Shown here one piece after another: positions 31,534-40,726 of a stretch of 62,955 bases of DNA. A model generated the notes under the pieces. That model saw only the letters and a program-made list of their open reading frames with translations. It did not search any database and had not been told where the DNA came from. Within the stretch, counting starts at the first letter, position 1; every line of letters begins with the position of its first letter. The position numbers and the translations under genes are program-made. Origin of the DNA: Syntrophobacterales bacterium (GTDB lineage: Bacteria; Desulfobacterota; Syntrophobacteria; Syntrophobacterales; Syntrophobacteraceae); NCBI GenBank assembly GCA_041310025.1, contig JBFYYO010000001.1, forward strand, positions 1 to 62,955. The letters are read 5' to 3'.

Positions 31534-32243
31534 TGGCGCTCCAGACCGCAGATGGATCGGTGGAACGCATTCAGTGCAGCTCTAGAAAACCATTCAACCG
31601 GGAGAATTCCAGCTCCAGTCCCGACGACCATCGACGCCCCATGGAAGCCATGAGTGAAGTGCGAAGTCATCTAGCACGCCAGCATCTGACAGGTCTTCCC
31701 AACCTTCTGACTTATCTCAGATTGGCGGCCATCCCCGTTTTGATCGTCATCCTCGTCGGAACCGGCATCGGGGAATCGACCAATCTGGCCTTCCTGGTAT
31801 ACGGTCTGGCCTCCCTCACCGACTATTTTGACGGCATTCTGGCTCGCCGCAACAACATGGTGACAGCCCTCGGCAAGCTGCTCGACCCTCTGGCCGACAA
31901 ACTGCTCAACTCCGCCGCTCTGATCATGATGATCCCCATCGGCAAGGTGGAGGCCTGGCTCGTCTTCTTCATCCTTGGGCGGGAGATGACCATCACCGGC
32001 CTGCGCTCCATCGCTGCAACCCACGGGTTGATCCTCGACGCCAGCCGCATGGGCAAGAATAAAATGATTTCCCAGATTTGCGGTATTCTGTTCTTGCTCT
32101 TGACCATCCCCCCCATTCAGACCTTTCTGGACGGGCTCGGGACGGTCTTCCTCTGGGTTTCGGTTATCCTGGGTTTCTGGTCTGCACGCGATTATTTCGT
32201 GCAGGTTTACAGGCACGCCCGGAGCGAAGTCAAAGGTCCCTGA
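31533..32243 (+). CDS. pgsA: CDP-diacylglycerol--glycerol-3-phosphate 3-phosphatidyltransferase
   Basis: CDP-alcohol phosphatidyltransferase motif DYFDGILARR...GKLLDPLADK. The ATG at 31533 overlaps the upstream stop (TGATG). Internal ATGs at 31641 and 31650 would give the canonical length. Confidence 0.85.
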   Translation: MALQTADGSVERIQCSSRKPFNRENSSSSPDDHRRPMEAMSEVRSHLARQHLTGLPNLLTYLRLAAIPVLIVILVGTGIGESTNLAFLVYGLASLTDYFDGILARRNNMVTALGKLLDPLADKLLNSAALIMMIPIGKVEAWLVFFILGREMTITGLRSIAATHGLILDASRMGKNKMISQICGILFLLLTIPPIQTFLDGLGTVFLWVSVILGFWSARDYFVQVYRHARSEVKGP

Positions 32244-32447
32244 CCTTACGGAGAGGCTTTGATCGAAGCTTGACCCGAGTCTTTCACCGTGCCCTCTCAC
32301 GCCGCATCACCACCCAGGTCGTCCCTCGTGACCGTTTGGCAACAGTCGATAATCATGAACCGGCCCAAGCACTCAGACCTTTCTCTAACCTGTAACTTGA
32401 GACCAGCAGCTTGAAACTCATTGGAGCTTGGTTAAGGAGTTGGAGTG

Positions 32448-33554
32448 ATGGCTTTCAGCCTGCCGGATTACGTGGCGCCTGACTTCGATGTGCCTCCTCT
32501 CGCTGATGCTCCGGTCGCACGATTTGAGCCCGTGGTCGAACCCGGAGTCGCTCCGGAGTGCTACCACGGCACCACCATTTTCCCGGAGTACATCCGCGTT
32601 GCGGGCGGTCGTTGGATGCTTCTCGACGCATCGCGCATGGACTGCGTGGTCGTGCTCGGCGAAGACGGGGCTCTCAGCGTGAAGGAATTCAGGCACCTGA
32701 AGGTGGGAGACGCTGTTGCCTGCGGGCGTGGGGAGCAGGGTGAGGATGGCATCTTCGTGCATTCCGACCCTTTCCGCTCCTCCAGGGAGGCTGGAGAGGC
32801 CTTTGCCTTTCGAACGCAGATCTCCAGGGAGACCTCCTTTTCTTTCGATTATGACGAGCTGTACGAATTGCTCGAACATGAGCGAAGGGAGGGATGCATT
32901 CTTTGGGTGCTGGGGCCTGCGGTGACCTTCGATCGCGACGCTCGGGACGCCTTCGTGCAGATCGTCCAGGGGGGATTCGTGCATGCCGTGATGGCGGGCA
33001 ACGCCCTGGCGGTGCATGACCTGGAAGCGGACATGCTCGGGACCGCCCTCGGCCAGGAGATCTACTCGAAGCGCCACAAGCCCCTGGGCCACTACAACCA
33101 CCTGGACACCATCAACCGCATCCGCAGGGCGGGCTCCATCCGGCAGGCCGTTGAGTCAGGAGCCATTCAGGGCGGAATCATGGCATCGCTCATACGGGGG
33201 CAGGTTCCCTACGTTCTGGCAGGCTCCATTCGCGACGACGGGCCCCTTCCCGGCGTTGTGGCGGACGTCTACGAAGCCCAGGACAGGATGCGCCGGCTGG
33301 CGTCTCGGGCCACCACCGTCATCGCCATGGCCACCCAGCTCCACGCCATTGCAGTCGGCAATCTCATTCCCGCGTATCGGGTGACGCAGGAGGGCCGGGT
33401 CCGGCCGATCTACTTCTACAGTGTCGACATGTCGGAGTTCGCGACGAAAAAGCTTGCAGACCGGGGCTCCCTGACGGCTAGATCCATCCTGACCAACGTC
33501 CAGGACTTTATCGTGACCCTTGCTCGCGGCCTGATGTCGAGATGCCCTCGATGA
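32448..33554 (+). CDS. TIGR00300 / LOR-SDH-like protein (ArgZ/AgrE C-terminal-domain family; function uncertain)
   Basis: AAGGAG lies 8 nt upstream of the ATG at 32448. The blocks MAGNALAVHDLE, GHYNHLDTINRIRRAGSI, LAGSIRDDGPLPGVV and MATQLHAIAVGNLIP match my memory of this family. Not verified by a search. Confidence 0.55.
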   Translation: MAFSLPDYVAPDFDVPPLADAPVARFEPVVEPGVAPECYHGTTIFPEYIRVAGGRWMLLDASRMDCVVVLGEDGALSVKEFRHLKVGDAVACGRGEQGEDGIFVHSDPFRSSREAGEAFAFRTQISRETSFSFDYDELYELLEHERREGCILWVLGPAVTFDRDARDAFVQIVQGGFVHAVMAGNALAVHDLEADMLGTALGQEIYSKRHKPLGHYNHLDTINRIRRAGSIRQAVESGAIQGGIMASLIRGQVPYVLAGSIRDDGPLPGVVADVYEAQDRMRRLASRATTVIAMATQLHAIAVGNLIPAYRVTQEGRVRPIYFYSVDMSEFATKKLADRGSLTARSILTNVQDFIVTLARGLMSRCPR

Positions 33555-33621
33555 GAATACTCGATGGGCACCCTTGAACGCCCTGCCCTTCCCTATTCCC
33601 CATCCACTAGCTGGTGGTCGC

Positions 33622-33651
33622 TTGACCGATCGGGCGCTGAGCCACTATACT
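33622..33651 (+). promoter_or_regulatory. Candidate sigma70-type promoter upstream of the nitroreductase gene
   Basis: TTGACC (33622-33627), an 18-nt spacer, then TATACT (33646-33651). This predicts a leader of about 165 nt. Confidence 0.4.
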
Positions 33652-33824
33652 GCTTTCCACTCTGCTACGAAAAGTCTCGGGTTCAAGTCTCAAGTTGAAA
33701 CCCAGCCCGGCAGTGGGCCTTCTCCTCGTCTAGGGTGGCCCGGAGATGCATGAGGAATTTGTTTAGAAGTGCTCCAGGATTCAAGCCATAACTGGCATCG
33801 AACCGGACGTTACAAGGAGGAAGC

Positions 33825-34349
33825 ATGTCCGAAGCTGTCATCGAATCCCCTGTTCTGAACGCCATATTCGACCGTCGGAGCGTCCGTCATTTCACCGAAG
33901 CATCAGTCGACAAAGCCCTGGTCATGGAGGCTCTCAAAGCGGCGTCCTGGGCGCCTTCGGGACTCAACAACCAGCCATGGCGTTTCGGCCTCATCCGGGA
34001 TGCCGACCTGAAAGCCAAACTGGGGGGATTGACCCGCTACACCAACGTGCTCAAATCGGCCTCGGTTCTGGTCACTTTCTTTCTCGATAAGGACAGCTCC
34101 TATGATTACGTTAAGGACTGTCAGGCTGTTGGCGCATCCATCCAGAATTTCCTGCTTGCCGTGCATGCGCGTGACCTGGGGGCGGTGTGGATCGGCGAGA
34201 TCCTGAAAAACAAGGATGAAATCCGACGCATCCTGGAGCTGCCCGACCGGCTTGAGCTCATGGCCGTGGTGGCCGTGGGGCATCCGGCGCACCGCAACCA
34301 GAGCTCCCACCGACGCCCCATTGAGGAGCTCTTCCTCTTTGAGAAATGA
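33825..34349 (+). CDS. Nitroreductase-family flavoprotein
   Basis: 174 aa with RRSVRHF, APSGLNNQPWRF and a C-terminal HRRP pattern. AAGGAGG RBS. Confidence 0.8.
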   Translation: MSEAVIESPVLNAIFDRRSVRHFTEASVDKALVMEALKAASWAPSGLNNQPWRFGLIRDADLKAKLGGLTRYTNVLKSASVLVTFFLDKDSSYDYVKDCQAVGASIQNFLLAVHARDLGAVWIGEILKNKDEIRRILELPDRLELMAVVAVGHPAHRNQSSHRRPIEELFLFEK

Positions 34350-34442
34350 GGCTGCGCTCCTGGTGCGTTGGGATGTATATTATCGATCCCTGGTCGGCGG
34401 CAGAGCCCAGGGATGAGGTTTAGGGAAGCAGAGGGAGAGCTC

Positions 34443-35072
34443 ATGATTTTTGATTCTTTTGTGGTGGGGATGCTGCAAACCAACTGCTACCTCGTGGGAG
34501 ACGAGGAGTCAGGCAAAGCGGTGGTGATCGATCCCGGCGGAGACAGCAAGAAGATCGTTCAGCGCTTGAGGGAGAGCAATCTTCAATTGATCAGCATCCT
34601 GAGCACGCATGCCCACTTCGACCACGTCATGGAAGCCTGGCTCCTGAAGCAACTGGCTGGAGGAGAGATCGTCATGCACCCCAGGGACGAAGCGCTCCTC
34701 TCCGACAAGATGGTGGGAATGGCTGCGGTTTTGAAGAATTCCGTGGACACGGCTGCCTTCACGATCGACCGCCATGTTGTCGAGGGCGACCAGATTCAGG
34801 TGGGCTCCCTCCTGTTCCAGGTGATCGAGACGCCGGGCCACACACCGGGACACGTTTCCTTCTACATGCCCGCGAAAAAGATGATATTCGTGGGGGATAC
34901 ATTGTTCGCCGGCTCCATCGGTCGGACGGATTTTCCCGGAGGGTCCCACGAGCAGCTCATCCAATCGGTGAGGGAGAAGGTCTTTCCGCTTCCGGGAGAG
35001 ACGGTGGTCTACCCCGGTCACGGGCCTGAGACAACCGTGGAGCGCGAGAAGCTGACCAATCCATTTTTCTGA
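34443..35072 (+). CDS. MBL-fold metallo-hydrolase (glyoxalase II-like)
   Basis: Trimmed to the ATG at 34443. Shows the THAHFDH zinc motif, TPGHTPGH, and GDTLFAGSIGRTD. Confidence 0.85.
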   Translation: MIFDSFVVGMLQTNCYLVGDEESGKAVVIDPGGDSKKIVQRLRESNLQLISILSTHAHFDHVMEAWLLKQLAGGEIVMHPRDEALLSDKMVGMAAVLKNSVDTAAFTIDRHVVEGDQIQVGSLLFQVIETPGHTPGHVSFYMPAKKMIFVGDTLFAGSIGRTDFPGGSHEQLIQSVREKVFPLPGETVVYPGHGPETTVEREKLTNPFF

Positions 35073-35104
35073 GATCACGAAAGTGCTGGAAAGCCAAGGG
35101 AGGG

Positions 35105-35644
35105 ATGGGAATGAGAAATCTGTTAGGTTTGAGGTCGAGCGGATGGACCGGACCGTGTTTTTTGTGTCTTATCGGGCTGCTGCTTCTTTTCGGATGCGGC
35201 GGTGCCAGTAAGGGGAGTGCGCCTCCCCCCAATCCCATCGGCCAGTCTTCCGATCTGCCTCCCGATTCTTCTTCGCCGCCGCCCCTGACACCTCCGCCAC
35301 CTTCCATGGCCCTGGGAAGCCGCCCCATGGTGCTGGATTTCCAGGACGTTCCCGTGCCGCAGGAATTGAGCCGAATCGACGAGGATTCCTTCGTCTTCCA
35401 GTCCGGCAACCTGACGGTGGGCCTCATGACCTTGCGTGGATTGCGCGTGGACGTCCAGTCGATCATCGATTTCTACCGGATCGCCATGCCCCGCGAGAAC
35501 TGGAAGCCCAAGGGCGGGTTCAATGCGAAGAAAACGGTCCTGATTTTTGAGAAGCCGGACAAGATCAGTGTCATCAACATCTATGAAAAACTGTTCCGCA
35601 CCTATGTCGAGGTTTATGTGGCCCCCGTGAGCGGAGCGGTTTGA
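35105..35644 (+). CDS. Lipoprotein with a Pro-rich linker, function unknown
   Basis: Lipobox LLLLFGCGG, then a Pro/Ser-rich tract, then a C-terminal domain of about 110 aa with no motif I recognise. Confidence 0.6.
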   Translation: MGMRNLLGLRSSGWTGPCFLCLIGLLLLFGCGGASKGSAPPPNPIGQSSDLPPDSSSPPPLTPPPPSMALGSRPMVLDFQDVPVPQELSRIDEDSFVFQSGNLTVGLMTLRGLRVDVQSIIDFYRIAMPRENWKPKGGFNAKKTVLIFEKPDKISVINIYEKLFRTYVEVYVAPVSGAV

Positions 35645-35656
35645 CAGGTCAAATGG

Positions 35657-36862
35657 ATGGAGCTGTTCAAGGGCAAATCGATTCTCCTGGGGGTGTGCGG
35701 CGGCATAGCAGCCTATAAGGCGGCCGAGCTGGTCCGGGCTTTCGTGAAGGCCGGAGCCGGGGTTCAGGTCGTCATGACCGCCAACGCCCAGCGGTTCATC
35801 ACCCCGCTGACACTCCAGGTGCTTTCGGAACAGCCGGTCGCAGCAGACCTTTTCGACCTCGAGTTCGAGTCCCAGATCGGGCACATCCAGATCGCCCGCG
35901 CCGCGCACCTGGTGGTGATTGCTCCCGCCACCGCCAATGTGCTGGCCAAAGCTGCCGCAGGCATCGCAGACGACTATCTCTCCACCGTTCTCCTGGCGAC
36001 GACGGCCCCGGTGCTCTTCTGTCCGGCCATGAACGCCAAGATGTACGAGCACCCGGCTACACGGCGGAACCTGGAGACTCTGCGTCAGAACGGCTATCAT
36101 GTGCTGGAGCCGGACGCCGGTTTTCTGGCGTGCCACGAGGAAGGGGCCGGTCGGCTTCCGGACGCCCCGATGATCCTGGATGCAGCCTGTCGACTCCTGA
36201 CGCCCCCGACGCTCAAGGGCCGGCGCATCCTGGTGAGCGCCGGCCCCACCTGGGAGCCACTCGATCCCGTGCGCTTCATCACCAATCCCTCCAGCGGCAA
36301 AATGGGCTACGCCGTGGCCAGGATGGCCGCATACCGGTCCGCTGAAGTGATCCTCGTTTCCGGCCCGTCGGCCCTTCCGGATCCTCCGTTGGTCCGAACC
36401 ATTCGAGTCAAGTCTGCTCAGGAAATGGAAAGAGAGGTTCTGGACCGCGCTTCGGCCATGGATGGCATCATCATGACGGCAGCCGTGGGGGACTATCGCC
36501 CCGCCCGGGTGGCCGCGCAGAAGATCAAAAAGGGAGCAGACGAGTTGACGCTGCACCTCATCAAGAACCCGGACATACTGGCGTCACTGGGCCGCTCCCG
36601 CCCTCCCGGCTCTCGACAGGTCCTGGTCGGGTTTGCTGCGGAGACGGAGCACCTGCTCGAAAATGCCCGGGAGAAGCTCACTCATAAGAACCTGGATTTC
36701 ATCGTGGCCAACAATCTGACGGAATCCGGGTCCGGGTTTGGAACGGACACCAATCGGGTCAAGATCATCGATCGGAGCGGGACCGTCGAGGAGCTCCCCA
36801 CCCTCTCCAAGGATGAGGTTGCCGCCAGAATCCTGGATCGCGTGGAGTCGCTTCTGGTTTGA
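35657..36862 (+). CDS. coaBC: Bifunctional phosphopantothenoylcysteine decarboxylase / phosphopantothenate--cysteine ligase
   Basis: N-terminal flavoprotein motif GVCGGIAAYKA, PAMN, and a C-terminal DFP domain (ISNPSSGKMG-like: ITNPSSGKMGYA). Confidence 0.93.
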   Translation: MELFKGKSILLGVCGGIAAYKAAELVRAFVKAGAGVQVVMTANAQRFITPLTLQVLSEQPVAADLFDLEFESQIGHIQIARAAHLVVIAPATANVLAKAAAGIADDYLSTVLLATTAPVLFCPAMNAKMYEHPATRRNLETLRQNGYHVLEPDAGFLACHEEGAGRLPDAPMILDAACRLLTPPTLKGRRILVSAGPTWEPLDPVRFITNPSSGKMGYAVARMAAYRSAEVILVSGPSALPDPPLVRTIRVKSAQEMEREVLDRASAMDGIIMTAAVGDYRPARVAAQKIKKGADELTLHLIKNPDILASLGRSRPPGSRQVLVGFAAETEHLLENAREKLTHKNLDFIVANNLTESGSGFGTDTNRVKIIDRSGTVEELPTLSKDEVAARILDRVESLLV

Positions 36863-36974
36863 CGCTGTTCGGAGTGCCCGGGGGTTGCACGGAGAACTGG
36901 CCCCGCTCACGAGCAGGGAGCTTTTTGATTTTAGCCCTGCAGAATATGGTGTTCATATCCCTCGTACGTCACAC

Positions 36975-36989
36975 CCCCGTATGCTTTTT
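36975..36989. repeat. Homopolymer junction T6G9 in the coaBC-udg intergenic region
   Basis: gcTTTTTTGGGGGGGGGatcc, read directly. This G9 is the longest homopolymer run I noticed in a non-coding part of the window. Confidence 0.9.
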
Positions 36990-37195
36990 TGGGGGGGGGA
37001 TCCAGGGATATCTGAAAGCCTCTGGTTTTCCGCCAGGGGAGTGCAGGAATGGCGATCAATCCGCCTCCGGCGACCACCCCCATGAATGGTAAATCGTTTC
37101 CATGGTGAGGATTGCCGGCATGACGAATTCGGGATGGATATCTTCTTCTGGTAAGATGGTCCTGGACTGAGGCCACGAAATTGTCCCGTTCCCCG

Positions 37196-37915
37196 ATGGA
37201 GAACAGCGTTTCATTGAAGGCTGCTCTGCGACAGCTCCGGTGGCTCCTGACCGGTATTCAGGGGAGCGGGATCCGGGATTTCCACCGGCAGGAGCCGCCG
37301 CCCGCGATGACAGACCGGCCCGCACGGGAGGTGCTGGAGTCTCTTTCGTCGGATCCAGCGAGAGACCTGGCTGCCATTCGCGAGGACCTTGGAGACTGCC
37401 GCCGCTGCCGTCTCCATGCGGGCCGGAGCAATCTGGTGTTCGGCGAGGGTTCACCTCAAGCCGAGCTGGTCTTCGTGGGCGAAGGCCCGGGGTTTGACGA
37501 GGATCGCCTGGGCCGGCCCTTCGTGGGGAGGGCGGGAAAGCTCCTCGACAAGATGATTCAGGCCATTCAGCTCAAGAGGGAAGAGGTCTACATCTGCAAC
37601 GTGGTCAAGTGCCGCCCGCCCGACAACCGGACCCCCAATGCCGACGAAATCGAGGTTTGCTCCCCTTTCTTATTCCGCCAGCTGGAAGCCATGCATCCCA
37701 GGGTGATCTGTGCCCTCGGACTCAGTGCGGCTCAGGCCCTCCTGGGGAGATTGCCCTCCATCGGGGGAGTGCGTGGCAAGCTCATGAAATGGCGCGGAAT
37801 TCCGCTGATATGCACGTATCATCCTGCCTACCTGCTCCGCAATCCCGCCCAGAAGTCGGCAACCTGGCAGGATCTGATCCAGGTGCGGCGTATTCTCACT
37901 GCACGCAAACCATGA
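37196..37915 (+). CDS. Uracil-DNA glycosylase, family 4 (Fe-S type)
   Basis: CRRCRLH cysteines, GEGPGFDED and HPAYLLR motifs. Start set to the first ATG (37196); the ORF-track start is a TTG at 37181. Confidence 0.85.
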   Translation: MENSVSLKAALRQLRWLLTGIQGSGIRDFHRQEPPPAMTDRPAREVLESLSSDPARDLAAIREDLGDCRRCRLHAGRSNLVFGEGSPQAELVFVGEGPGFDEDRLGRPFVGRAGKLLDKMIQAIQLKREEVYICNVVKCRPPDNRTPNADEIEVCSPFLFRQLEAMHPRVICALGLSAAQALLGRLPSIGGVRGKLMKWRGIPLICTYHPAYLLRNPAQKSATWQDLIQVRRILTARKP

Positions 37916-37925
37916 AGGTTGAGAC

Positions 37926-39224
37926 ATGAGATCCCCCATCCACATCCTGCTGTTGTCCTTTCTCTTTGTCGCTCCAGTTTTGCTCCAACCCATGGACAGT
38001 GCCGCCAGCCACATCAATCTGGTGCACGTTCAGGACAGCATCAACCCGGGCGTCGAGGATTTCATCAAGCACTCCATTGAGCAATCGAGTGAGGAGGGCG
38101 CCGAATTTCTGGTGATTCTGCTCGACACCCCGGGGGGGCTGGTGACCTCCATGAGGGGGATCGTCCAGGCCATTTTGAACGCCTCGGTTCCCATCGTGGT
38201 CTACGTCTTCCCCCGGGGGGCCCAGGCGGCATCGGCAGGGGTGTTCGTGACGATTGCTGCGGACATCGCGGTCATGGCGCCCGGGACGAACATCGGCGCC
38301 GCCCATCCCGTGGCCACGGGTGGGCAGGACATGTCGGAAACCATGAACGAGAAGGTTGTCAACGACATGGTGGCTTTCGCCAAGAGCCTGGCCAGCCAGC
38401 GGGGGCGAAATGTGGAATGGGTCGCGGACGCCGTGCGGAAAAGCGTTTCCATCACCGCCGAAGAGGCCTTCGAGCAGAATGTCATCGACCTGGTGGCAGA
38501 AGACCTGCCCGCGCTGATGGAGCGGTTGGACGGCTGGGAGATTCAACGGGCCGGATACAGCAGGACTCTCAAGACCAGGGGCGTTGAGCAGCGCACCATC
38601 GAGGTGGGATGGCAGTACCGGATTCTGAGAGCCATCAGCAATCCCAATATCGCCTACATTCTGCTCATGATCGGACTGGCCGGTCTCTATTTCGAGCTGT
38701 CCCAGCCCGGCGCCATTCTGCCGGGGGTCATCGGCGGAATATCCCTCATCATGGCGCTTTACGCACTGCAGACCCTTCCTGTCAATTTCGCGGGAATACT
38801 GCTCATTCTGCTGGCCATCATCTTTTTCATCCTGGAGATCAAGGTGGTCTCCTACGGCATGTTGAGCATCGCCGGAGCGGTCTCACTCTTTCTGGGCTCC
38901 CTGATGCTCTTTCGTGTGCCGGGCCATTCAACCCGTATCGCCTATTCATTGCTCATCCCGACCGTTCTTGCCGTTTCCGGATTCTTTGCTGCATTGACAT
39001 CGCTGGCGGTGCGCGCTCAACGGAGCAAACATCAGGCGGGGACAGAAATGCTGATCGGAATGGTGGGAGAGGTCACCCAGGATCTGGCGCCCGAGGGAAA
39101 GGTCTTCGTGAGCGGGGAGCTCTGGAATGCCGTGGCGGATGAAGCCATTGCCGCCGGCCAGAAGGTGGAGATCCTCGCTGTGGACAGTTTGAAGTTGAAA
39201 GTGAAGAAGATCGATGCTAGATAA
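37926..39224 (+). CDS. nfeD: NfeD-family membrane-bound ClpP-class serine protease
   Basis: Signal peptide, a ClpP/SppA-like domain (LLDTPGGLV), four to five TM segments, and a C-terminal OB-fold tail (VFVSGELWNAV...VEILAVDSLKLKVKK). It sits directly upstream of an SPFH gene. Confidence 0.85.
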   Translation: MRSPIHILLLSFLFVAPVLLQPMDSAASHINLVHVQDSINPGVEDFIKHSIEQSSEEGAEFLVILLDTPGGLVTSMRGIVQAILNASVPIVVYVFPRGAQAASAGVFVTIAADIAVMAPGTNIGAAHPVATGGQDMSETMNEKVVNDMVAFAKSLASQRGRNVEWVADAVRKSVSITAEEAFEQNVIDLVAEDLPALMERLDGWEIQRAGYSRTLKTRGVEQRTIEVGWQYRILRAISNPNIAYILLMIGLAGLYFELSQPGAILPGVIGGISLIMALYALQTLPVNFAGILLILLAIIFFILEIKVVSYGMLSIAGAVSLFLGSLMLFRVPGHSTRIAYSLLIPTVLAVSGFFAALTSLAVRAQRSKHQAGTEMLIGMVGEVTQDLAPEGKVFVSGELWNAVADEAIAAGQKVEILAVDSLKLKVKKIDAR

Positions 39225-39278
39225 TTTCGATTCACCATAGGGTTGATTCTAATCCAGATCAGGGTTGAGGAGGGAAAA

Positions 39279-40070
39279 ATGACAGGGTTCTACGCACTTC
39301 CGCTCATCATCATATTCGTGCTTCTCTTCCTTGCCAATGCCATCAAGGTCCTCAACGAGTACGAAAGAGGCGTGATCTTCCGCCTGGGAAGGGTCATCAA
39401 GGCCAAGGGCCCGGGTTTGATCATCCTGATTCCGCTCATCGATCGGATGCAGAAGGTGAGCCTCAGGCTGGTGGCGCAGGATGTGCCGTCCCAGGACGTC
39501 ATCACCCGCGACAACGTGTCGGTCAAGGTGAGCGCCGTCATTTACTTTCGCGTGACGGACCCGGTCAAGGCCATTATCTCTGTCGAGAACTATCTGTACG
39601 CCACGAGTCAGCTTTCGCAGACGACCTTGCGAAGCGTCTGCGGGCAGGCGGAGATGGACGACCTGCTCGCCGAGCGTGACAAGATCAACGCTCACATCCA
39701 GGAAATCCTCGACCGCCATACCGAGCCCTGGGGCATCAAGGTCACGGTCGTGGAGCTCAAACAGATTGATTTGCCCATCGAAATGCAGCGGGCCATGGCC
39801 AAGCAGGCCGAAGCCGAACGCGAGCGCCGCGCCAAAGTGATCGCCGCTGAGGGTGAATTCCAGGCCTCGGCTCGACTCGCCGAAGCGGCCGAGATCCTCC
39901 AGCATCAGCCCGCCGCCATGCAACTGCGTTATTTGCAGACCTTGAGGGAGATTGCGACCGAGAACAACTCGACCACCCTCTTCCCGATCCCCATCGACCT
40001 GTTTAGACCATTCATCAAGATCGCCGAACAATTTGAAGAGAGCCAGAAGAAGGAGCCGAAAAATGGGTAA
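39279..40070 (+). CDS. SPFH/band-7 (stomatin-like) protein
   Basis: Trimmed to the ATG at 39279, which follows GAGGAGGGAAAA. Shows an N-terminal TM segment, [15 protein letters not shown], and the Ala/Glu-rich coiled coil [20 protein letters not shown]. Confidence 0.9.
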   Translation: MTGFYALPLIIIFVLLFLANAIKVLNEYERGVIFRLGRVIKAKGPGLIILIPLIDRMQKVSLRLVAQDVPSQDVITRDNVSVKVSAVIYFRVTDPVKAIISVENYLYATSQLSQTTLRSVCGQAEMDDLLAERDKINAHIQEILDRHTEPWGIKVTVVELKQIDLPIEMQRAMAKQAEAERERRAKVIAAEGEFQASARLAEAAEILQHQPAAMQLRYLQTLREIATENNSTTLFPIPIDLFRPFIKIAEQFEESQKKEPKNG

Positions 40071-40392
40071 GAAGGAAGACAAAGAGAAGAAGGAGAAATC
40101 CCTCGAGGCCATGACCGCCAAGGAGCTTCGAGAAATGGCCTTGACTTTGGAGGGCATTACCGGTGTCCACGCCATGAACAAGAATGAGCTCATCGAAGCC
40201 ATCCGGAAGGCCAAGGGGATCGTGGTCGAGAAGACGCGCAAGGCGACCGTCGATGTTCGGGCCCTCAAGGTCAAGATCCAGGAGCTCAAAGAGAAGCGCG
40301 ACCAGGCGAAGGAGTCGGAGAACGGCAAGCTTGCGGACGCCCTTCGGCGCCGCATCAGCAACCTCAAGAAGAAGACCCGCCGCGCCGCCTGA
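40063..40392 (+). CDS. Small Lys/Glu-rich protein with a Rho_N/SAP-like helix-extended-helix motif
   Basis: 109 aa. Its ATG overlaps the SPFH stop by 8 nt (ATGGGTAA). Carries the motif [31 protein letters not shown] and a basic coiled-coil tail. Third codon positions are GC-rich like the neighbouring genes. Confidence 0.6.
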   Translation: MGKKEDKEKKEKSLEAMTAKELREMALTLEGITGVHAMNKNELIEAIRKAKGIVVEKTRKATVDVRALKVKIQELKEKRDQAKESENGKLADALRRRISNLKKKTRRAA

Positions 40393-40440
40393 TGGCAATG
40401 CCTCCGTCGATTGCACCGTCCGCAAAAGGGATCTCCCGAT

Positions 40441-40641
40441 ATGGAAATGAAGAAGAAGGTCGTGGCAGCCATCACGACCGCCGTGCAGCTCTACATGTTG
40501 GCGGAGCAACCGGCCTTGGTCGTTGAGGAAGCCCCGAAAGCTCTTGAAGCACCTCGGCCGGCAATCAGCCCGTGGGCACTCAGCGGGCGCCAATCCGCCA
40601 TGGATATGAGGCGGCTCTGGCAGATGCGGCTTGTGCGCTGA
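40441..40641 (+). CDS. 66-aa protein with OadG-like features (assigned from memory)
   Basis: MEMKKKVVAAITTAVQLYMLAEQ...ISPWALSGRQSAMDMRRL. The AAI..A..Y and W..GR...M pattern recalls small subunits of biotin-dependent decarboxylases. It ends 85 nt before the 5S gene. Confidence 0.45.
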   Translation: MEMKKKVVAAITTAVQLYMLAEQPALVVEEAPKALEAPRPAISPWALSGRQSAMDMRRLWQMRLVR

Positions 40642-40726
40642 CGGCTCCGTTCGACATCAGATTTGGAATCACTCGACACCGTGGTCCGGTGCCCGGTCAC
40701 TTGAAGATTTCAAAAGGAGAATGAGG

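Noticed and set aside
33679-33701. tRNA-like T-loop string GGGTTCAAGTCTC, a possible tRNA gene or att-site remnant.
   Set aside because: No acceptor, D or anticodon arms can be folded from the flanks, and the flanking 5-mers do not pair. No integrase or other mobile gene is nearby.
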